Source: Neocallimastix sp. 'constans'
Lineage: Eukaryota
Direction: 5' to 3'
Assembly: GCA_050613775.1 (NCBI GenBank)
Contig: JBODTK010000001.1
Span: 930,001 to 994,000 of the forward strand
Length of the DNA stretch: 64,000 nt
The notes beneath the pieces were generated by a model. It made no database searches. It was not told the origin of the DNA and saw only the letters and a list, made by a program, of their open reading frames with translations. A program made the position numbers and the translations under genes. Positions 55,369-64,000 of this stretch are shown one piece after another (positions within the stretch are counted from its first letter, which is position 1; each line of letters starts with the position of its first letter).

Positions 55369-55914
55369 TTTCATATATAATATTATTATTTTTTTTTAAA
55401 AAAAAAAAAAAAAAAAAAAGAATTATGCATAAAATCAAATATATAAATACATAATATAAACTATTTATAATTTATTTTATATGTGATATACATTTTTTTT
55501 TTTTTTAAAAAAAAAAATAAAAATAAATTATAAATTATTTAAACTATCTATTTAATTTTTTAAATATATATATATATTATATATATTTAAAATAGACGAA
55601 TATCATAAAATAAAAACATATATATTATCAAATCAAGTTACTATCATAAATAAAATTATATTAAATAAAAAATCATAAATATTTATGTATAGTAAAATAA
55701 TAATATGAGAATAAATAAATAAATATATAATATATAATATGTTTATTATTTATTATTAAAATAAACAAATAATAAATAATAAATAATAAATAATTAAATA
55801 AATAAAAATAGATTAATCGATAAATAAAAGGACACTATTTAAGTTATAAATAAATTTTTGAAATTTTGTAATATTATGTTTAGTAAAATAATAATAATAC
55901 AAGAATAAATGAAT

Positions 55915-56212
55915 ATTAAAATAAATAAAGAATAAAAAATAAATAAAGAATAAAAAATAAATAAAAAATAAAAAATAAATAAAAAATAAAAAATAAGTAA
56001 AGAATAAAAAATAAATAAAAAATAAAAAATAAATAAAAAATAAAAAATAAATAAAAAATAAAAAATAAATAAAAAATAAAAAATAAATAAAAAATAAAAA
56101 ATAAATAATGAATAAATAATGAATAAAAAATAAATAAAGAATAAAAAATAAGTAAAGAATAAAAAATAAGTAAAGAATAAAAAATAAATAAAGAATAAAA
56201 AATAAGTAAAGA

Positions 56213-56220
<8 letters not shown>
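55915..56220. repeat. AT-rich minisatellite (aataaaaaataaataaa[g/a])n
   Basis: Directly visible ~18-bp tandem units. Confidence 0.85.
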
Positions 56221-56257
<37 letters not shown>

Positions 56258-56752
56258 AAATAAAAAAAAAAAATAAACTATAAAAATTATATTAAAATAT
56301 TTTTAAAATTACAAATAAAATATTAAAATTTTGGAATTTAATTATATATGAATATAAATTAACAATAAATTGGTTAAGCAATACATTGATTATTCATAAA
56401 ACAAAGACATGCTACTAATTTATATAAATCTATAATTTTAAAATCATTAACAAGTTATTTTAAAATATGTTTTAATTTTTCTAATTATTATTTCTATAAC
56501 AAATAATAGCTACTAAAATAATACTGTAGGAACCTGTAGAAGTTTCTCATATGATTTGGGATAGTATGAGATATTTACTACGCAGTATCTATACACCATG
56601 ATCTTCTCTATTAGTAGTTCATATTAGCAGCTATAGTTAAGAAGAACTACTAACATACACATGCCAATTATTGATTATTGAATAATCTTATTTTATCACT
56701 ATTTAATATATGTAATATAAATAATAATAAATAATAAATAAATAATAAATAA

Positions 56753-57534
56753 GGAAATAGTGCATTTTGAAACGTAGAGTATTTTCGTATGTGGCGTATT
56801 TTTTAATAATTAAATAAATAATAAATATTCTTTTTTATATATAATTTATTAATATTCAATTGTAAAAGTAATTTTTTTAAAAAAAATTTTTTTATAATTC
56901 TTTTTTAATAGAATATATTATTATTTCTTTTGAAATAATTATTTAATAATATTCAGTTGTAAAAATATATTATTATTTCTTTTAAGATAATAATGTATAT
57001 TTAAACTCTTATTTATATAAAAATATTAAAATTTTTAGTTAATTAAAAAATCTTTTTTAAGAATTATTTTAATTAATTGTAATTCGACAAATTACATTGA
57101 TCATTTTCATTTGGTCTTTTTTTTTATCAGTTAGTCTTAATTTTTTTGGTTATTTGTATCTAATAATTTATTCCAATTAATGTGTGTATATAAAAGTAAA
57201 AAATATGTATATTATTATTTTTATAAACATATGTATTTCTTTTTTTTTATTACATACTTAAATATATTTATTTTATTTTATTTTATTATATTTTTTTAAT
57301 TACATATTTAAATATATTCATTACAATTTTTATTTATTATTCAATTATTTTCAATTATATATTTAAATATGTTTTCTACATTTTTTTTATTTATTTAATT
57401 ATATATTTAATTTTTTAATTATTTATATTTTATTTATGATTGTATAGAAAATCTCCAAAATGTATGGCTTTATTTTAAAAATATTATAAGCCATATTTCG
57501 AAATGCACACTCCCCTGCGAAATGAACTACATTC
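56753..57534. mobile_element. Non-autonomous MULE-like element (MITE), 782 bp
   Basis: Imperfect TIRs: ggaaatagtgcattttg...ttttcgtatgtggcgtat versus the reverse complement gaatgtagttcatttcg...gcatttcgaaatatggcttat. The 9-bp flanks aataaataa sit at 56744-56752 and 57535-57543 but are low complexity. It shares catttcg and atgtggcgtatt motifs with the upstream MULE ends. Confidence 0.65.
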
Positions 57535-57874
57535 AATAAATAATAAATAATTGATAACTGCTTAATAATTATACCGTATATTTATTCATATTATTTTATA
57601 TATTTATTTATTATGTAATTTATTAAAATGTACTTGTAATTATGTTTTAGTTTATACGTTTATTTTATATTGTATAAATTTATGTTAACAATCATTTTAA
57701 TTATTTTATGTAATTTTTATATAAATAACAAATGTATTCATGTGATATACGTTCTATAAAATATCATGAATGTAGTATCTACTTCTCTCCTCGTTAACCA
57801 TAATATTTTCGTATTATAATATTAAATAAATAAACAACATATATCAGATTAAGAGTCTAATAGTAACATATACT

Positions 57875-58310
57875 TTAGGTAATTATTTATTAAATGTTTA
57901 TTCGGCTTTTTTATCCCCAAACTTTGATCCAGCATTAGAAATGGATGATGAAGAAGATGATGAGGATGAAGAAGGGTTAATTCTTCCAGTTCATGAGGAT
58001 GATGAATTTAAACTATTTGTTAGAAAACTTCCAAATTTTAAATTTTGGTAAAAACTATTATTTTTTTAAATTAATATTTTAATAATTTATATAATAAATT
58101 AAATATATATATATATATATAATAATGATGATGATGATAATGATAATATGAATAATAATAATAAATAATAAATAATATTAAATAATAATAAATAATAAAT
58201 ATTTAATTTAGGCATACAGCAACTAGAGCTACTCTTTTAGAATTATTTTGTACCATCTTGGAATTTTCAGATATTTCTGTATTTTGGCCAATATGCTTTA
58301 TGAAAAAATA
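57875..58310 (+). pseudogene. RER1: RER1 (Golgi-ER retrieval receptor) internal fragment, two exons plus intron
   Basis: LGNYLLNVYSAFLSPNFDPALEMD...LPVHEDDEFKLFVRKLPNFKFW, then a GT..AG intron, then HTATRATLLELFCTILEFSDISVFWPI and a premature stop. No N-terminal exon was found, and conserved residues are altered (EFRPFIRRLPEFKFW is the usual form). Confidence 0.8.
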
Positions 58311-59220
58311 AAAATAAAAATAAAATAAAAAAATTAAAAAAACAAAATAATTTATTAAATATTAATTTCTAGAAAATAAAAAATAAATATATATATAACA
58401 ATAGTATTGTATACTAACTATAAATTTATTATTTATTTATTCATTCATTTTACATCTTATCTTGAAACATATTATTTTCATTAAGGAATAATTTTTGATA
58501 ATAATAATTATTAAAACTTTATAATTTTATTTAATGAACATTTTAAAATATAATCAAAATATAAAAAAAAAATTAAAATATTTTTATTGAAATTTTAAAA
58601 TTATTATTATTATTGGTTAATATTCGAAGGTTTTATAAAGCGATTGGATATTATTTAATTTTGAATTTTTTAAAATTTTGAAAATTTTTTTATTATATTA
58701 AGGACAACTAAGCAAAAACGTTCAAATTTACTCGTAAATATTCAGGTTATTTTAAAAAATTTTTTTTTCTTAAAATATTATTATTTAAAATTATTATTAT
58801 TAACATTATTATATTACTTTATTATTATTATTTTTTCAAAAAAAAAAAAATTAATTTATTTTTTTTTCCAAAAATTTATTATTTATTTATATTTTTATTT
58901 TTATTTTATTTTATTTTTTTTTTCTTTTTTTTTAAAATTTTTATATAAAAGTATAAAGGTAACATTTCAAAATTTCATGTAAATTTAAATAACTATATGA
59001 AAATATATTCTTATTTTTCCTCTATATTTTTTAGTTTTTAAATTTTATTTCTTTTGTATTACTACATATTTATGTTTTAAAAATATATATATAATAAATT
59101 ATAAATTTTAAATCATTTGAAATCTATTATATTTTTTAAATAAAAATGATTAATCGAAAGTAATTATTAATAAAATTTATTTAATACGATATATTTTATA
59201 AATATGATAGTATTATTAAT

Positions 59221-60087
59221 ATGACTGATACAACCACTGAAAAGATAGTCAATGATGAAAAGCAAGCTCAATTAAATCTTGAACTTGTTAAAGCTTGTGA
59301 AGAAGGAAATATCGAAAAAGTTAAAACTTTAATTGAAAATGGTGCTGACATTTTATATCAAGATGAAAAAGGTAAAACCTTACTTCATGTTGCTTGTGAA
59401 AATGGTCACAAAAATGTTGTTGAATGCTTAATTAGAAATCATTTAGCTTGGTAAATATTATAACATATTATATTATAACAAAATTATAAATTTAGGATTA
59501 AACAATAATTATAAAAAATCAAAATTTTATTATTAAAGCATCAGTTTTATACAACAGAATTTATATTTATTGAAATATAAAACTTAAATAATAAGAAAAT
59601 AAAGAAATATATTTCTCAAATTAATCAATACTAAATAAAAATAAAACAAATCCTTAATTATATAAAAAAAAAAAATTTTTTTTTTAAAGAATTTTGACAC
59701 ACTAAAAAATGATTATTTTTATTAAAAAATTAAATTTATCAAATTTCAAGCAATTTTTTTAAAAATAAAACAAACTATCTTTGAGCTTATTTATCAATAT
59801 AACTTGATATTTTTATTATTTCAAAATTTGATTCGTTTATTAAAAAAAACAAATCCAAAGCATTAATTAAAATTATAATCATGAAAATGTATTAATAATA
59901 GATATAAATTCAGTTGTTCAATTTTAAATTAAAAAAAAAAAAAAATTTAAATTTCAAATTTCAAATTTCAAATTATTTAAACAAAAAAAAAATAAAATTA
60001 AAAATTAAAACAAGCTATATAAATAATTAGTTTTCAATATTCTTTTTTTTTTTTTAATTTTTATTATACATAAAATATTAACAAAAC

Positions 60088-60131
<44 letters not shown>

Positions 60132-61206
60132 TGTAAATTAAAATTTCTTCCAATGAAAATGAAGTATTTTTATTAAAATATTTAAACTATTTCAATGTTA
60201 CACAAACCTAATTAAATGAAAAACTAATTAAATGAAAAAAATTAATTATTTATTTAATTAAATATATTTATTAATTTTTATTATTTTTTATTATAATAAT
60301 TAATTAATTAGGAATTCTGTTGATTTTGATGGTGTTAGTGCCGCTGAATATGCTAAAAAAGCAGGTCATGAAGATATTTACCAAGATTTGGTTGAAGAAG
60401 GTGTAAGAACTGAGGTTCTTCTTGCTTATTTAGTAAGTTTTTTTTTTAAAATAAAAAATAATAATAATTATGTTAATTAGAATTTTTTATTATAGATATC
60501 TTTAATTATAAAAATAAAATTATTGTTATTTATTACTATAATTATTATTATTATTAATATATAAATGTTATTTAAAAACAAAAAATAAAAATAAAAATAA
60601 AAATAATAGGATAATCGTGAAAAAAAACCAGAAGAAAGATTAGCTGCTTCTAATGCTGATTATTTACAACGTCCATTAAAGTATCAAGATGATAAACTTT
60701 TAGATTCCGAATTAAATGCTGTTATGATGGGTTGGGAAGCTCCAATTATGGAAAAAACTGCCAAAATACTTTGTCCAAAAGAAGGTCTTTCTGTTTTAAA
60801 TATTGGTTTTGGTCTTGGTCTTATGGATGAAGCCTTACAAAAATATAAACCAGCTCACCATACTATTGTTGAAGCTCACCCAGATGGTACATATTATAAA
60901 ATATATATATAAAGTTTAAATATAAATATTAAATATTATTATTAATAGTAATAGTAATATTTATTGTATTAATAATAATAATAATAATAGTCATAAGTTA
61001 TTGTATAATAATCATTAATATTAATAATGTTGATTGTAGTTGTTTAAAATAGCTATATAACTTTTAGAAGTAGTTATAGTAATAGTAGTTTTGATTATTA
61101 TGATTATTATAAAAATATAAATGAATTCATATTAGTATTTATTTTTATTTTAATTTATTTTAATATATATATATATATTTTTTATTCATATTATATATTA
61201 ATATAA

Positions 61207-61244
<38 letters not shown>

Positions 61245-61673
61245 GTTAATATAGTTTATAAGCATATGTTAGAACTCGGTTGGGATAAGAGACCAGGTGT
61301 AAGAATTTTATTCGGTCGTTGGCAAGATGTTTTAGATCAAATAAAAGATCGTTTATATGATGGTATTTACTTTGATACTTTTGGTGAATATTATGATGAT
61401 TTACATGAATTTAATGATCATGTTCCAGATATGCTTAGAGATACTCCAGAAGCTACTTACTCTTTCTTTAATGGTTTAGGTGGTACTAATCCATTCTTCC
61501 ATGATGTTTATTGTCGTGTTGCTAGTATTGATTTACGTAATTGTGGTCTTACTACTGAATATATTACTATGCCAATGACAGAACAAGACTCTGAAGTTAT
61601 CTGGCAAGGTGTTAAGAGAAGATATTGGTCCTTACCAACTTATAATCTTCCAATTTGTCATTTTGAACTTTAA
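59221..61673 (+). CDS. RMT2: Protein arginine N-methyltransferase 2 (ankyrin + RMT2/GAMT-like domain), 4 exons
   Basis: Exons ~59221-59450, 60312-60432, 60610-60886 and 61254-61673. N-terminal ankyrin repeats, then VMMGWEAPIM, VLNIGFGLGLMD, HTIVEAHPD, GRWQD, YDGIYFDTF, YSFFNGLG and RRYW. Confidence 0.95.
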
Positions 61674-61788
61674 AATACGTTAAAATCATAGCCTATTAAT
61701 ATATACATATAAGTAACTTTAAGAAAATAATATATATATTATATATAGTTTTTCTTATACTTTTCATTTTAATTTTTTTATTTTTTTT

Positions 61789-61823
<35 letters not shown>

Positions 61824-62899
61824 TTGAATACAAATATTAAAATTTTTTTTATCATATTTTATCATATACAAAATTATCTCCTTTTTTTTTGTATTTTTAA
61901 TACATATATATTTGTAAGAAATGATTAAAAAACTATTTTTTAATTTGTATTAAAATTATTATTATCGAATAGAATATAAATATATGTCAAAAATAAATAA
62001 AAATAAAAATAAAAATAATACGCTTTATTTAAAAATATTATTAATTTGATTATATATTATTATATTAATGAAAAGCTGTTATTGTTGTTTTTCTGACAGA
62101 TTATAACATGTTTTTGAATATTTATATTAAGTAAAAGTAATTTTAATCTTTTTTTTTTTTTTTAGCCATAAAAAATGATAATTTTAATATAATTCTGGGG
62201 AAATAAATTTTATTTATAACTAGATATAATAATGAATATATTAATAGTTATTTGAGTAATAATGAAAGACTCAGTTCCAATATATTTAAATACAATTAAT
62301 ATACCAATTTTATTCATTTCTTAATTAATAATTTAAATTATATATATAATATGTTTTTAAAATATATATATATTTTTGTAACTCATTAAAATTTTTTTAA
62401 TATCCACTCTATCATTAATCAAATTTATAATAGAGTTTATATATAAAAAAAAGTATTTACATATTTTAAAGGTAAATAAAATCAATAAAATCTAAAATGA
62501 TAGATTTTTTTTAGAATAAGATTAATATATTAAAAATATATATATATATATTTGTTTAGCATATTATTATCCATGAAATATTTTGATTATTTTATATTTA
62601 TATTATATTTTAAGAAGAAATATTGAAAACTTTTTAATACATATAACATAATATATATTATTCTGAATATAAAAAAAAATAAAATAAAATAAAATAAAAT
62701 AAATAAGCATACATTATTATATTATATAATTTTTAAATAATTAAAAAAAGGAAATTATAAAAATTAATAGTAATACTATTTATTCTTATTTAATTTATAT
62801 ATATAAATATATAAATTTACATTTAAATTATTTAATATTTTATAATTAATTAAAGCCAATGTAATATTCTTCATATATTTCAATTTAATCAAATAAAAT

Positions 62900-64000
62900 A
62901 ACTTAGTCAATTCCATGTCCTGGAATTGATTAGGGTTAGGACATGAAATTCTCGGATTTTGAAAAGCTCTTCGATACTGTATACCGATAAACAATGGAAT
63001 TACAATGTTCAGAATTCTTCTTCAATTAATACTCTTCTTATGAATCAACTGATCTAAGAGGATCTTTCAAAACGTCCCAATGACAATGATAGTTTGGATA
63101 ATTTAACAAAGGAAAATGAGGATATTTGACAAAAATATAAACGAGTAATGAAGAATGCCAAAGCCAACATTCTCTCAATAAAAATAATGAAATTAGCCAA
63201 TAAATACGATGAAATTAAACTTGATTCTAAGCAAGAAGTCATTGATGTATTCATAAATTTTATCCATTCAAAATACGAAGAATTCCATATGTCAAATATG
63301 AATAGTAGTGAAATAGTCATTACCGCCTTCCAAAATATTTCTTTAGATATTTATTCATATGAATGTTTTAGGATTTTTGGTCATAATAATTCGAGTGAAT
63401 CTAGTAAAAATATATATTATGATGATATAAATTCCACCGAAAGAAAAGGGAAATTAAATTATCCTAAGTTACTATTCTCATGAAGACATCTTGTGAAATG
63501 AATTTAACTTGCTTGAAAATATAGAAATGTTCTTCTATCTTAGTAACTACTCTATAAAGAGACAAAACATATTGCTAAAAAATTTTAATGAGTGTTGACA
63601 TTTAACCAAATATCGCAATAAGATTTTTTATAAATTGAGTTGTGTATACGTTGTAAGTTAAATATCCTGGTTGCTCTCTGCTGCTTCTCTTCTAAAATTT
63701 TTATGAACATTCAACTGGGATCCTTCTGTTCGTAGTTACGTCTTGGATATTATCAAAGTCACCCTTCAAAGTAATAATTCTTCCATGATCTTCTTTATTC
63801 ATTTTATGGGAGAAGTAGAACTCCTAAGTAATTGTATTAATATTATGGTGAAAGATTATATCAAATGTATTGATACTCCGGAACATATAAAGATGAAATA
63901 TGGTAATATGTACATTTTTGATGTTCATACAAACAATAGGCAGGACATTAGAATGAATTCCTCAAGTCCTACAAAATATATATCAAATGAATTGATAATA
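62900..64000 (+). pseudogene. Interrupted coding-like sequence, possibly a decayed retroelement ORF1 running off the window
   Basis: Higher GC than the flanks, intronless, and a long reading frame broken by isolated stops (NQLI*EDLSKR...EDI*QKYKRVMKNAK...). No diagnostic motif was recognised. Confidence 0.35.

Noticed and set aside
56757..57562. 10-11-nt matches to the hairpin arms (atagtgcatt at ~56757, tgataactgct at ~57552) near the MITE ends
   Set aside because: Too short to be significant in 64 kb of AT-rich DNA, and one lies outside the element.

Overview
Extremely AT-rich eukaryotic DNA with long homopolymers, AAT/ATTT microsatellites and short GT-AG introns. The composition, ciliary genes (PACRG, LRRC74-like), an intronless ankyrin gene and bacterial-like enzymes point to a zoosporic anaerobic gut fungus (Neocallimastigomycota; inference). 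The 2-11 kb region is a retroelement graveyard: two decayed non-LTR elements, a nested poly(A) retro-insertion with a 13-bp TSD, and Ty1/copia pol and gag remnants. Host genes follow: PACRG, an unknown type I membrane protein, an SGNH/GDSL esterase, an ankyrin protein, an LRR protein, an aldo-keto reductase, a KHDC4-like protein, an acyltransferase-3 and RMT2, plus a RER1 fragment. There is also an apparently intact MULE DNA transposon with a 9-bp TSD and a related non-autonomous element. The standout unexplained feature is at 30120-30568: four tandem ~98-nt hairpins with invariant 26-nt and 21-nt outer arms that pair with fixed bulges. Their inner stems diverge but keep pairing through compensatory changes, making this a candidate polycistronic small-RNA (miRNA-like) or other structured-nucleic-acid locus.
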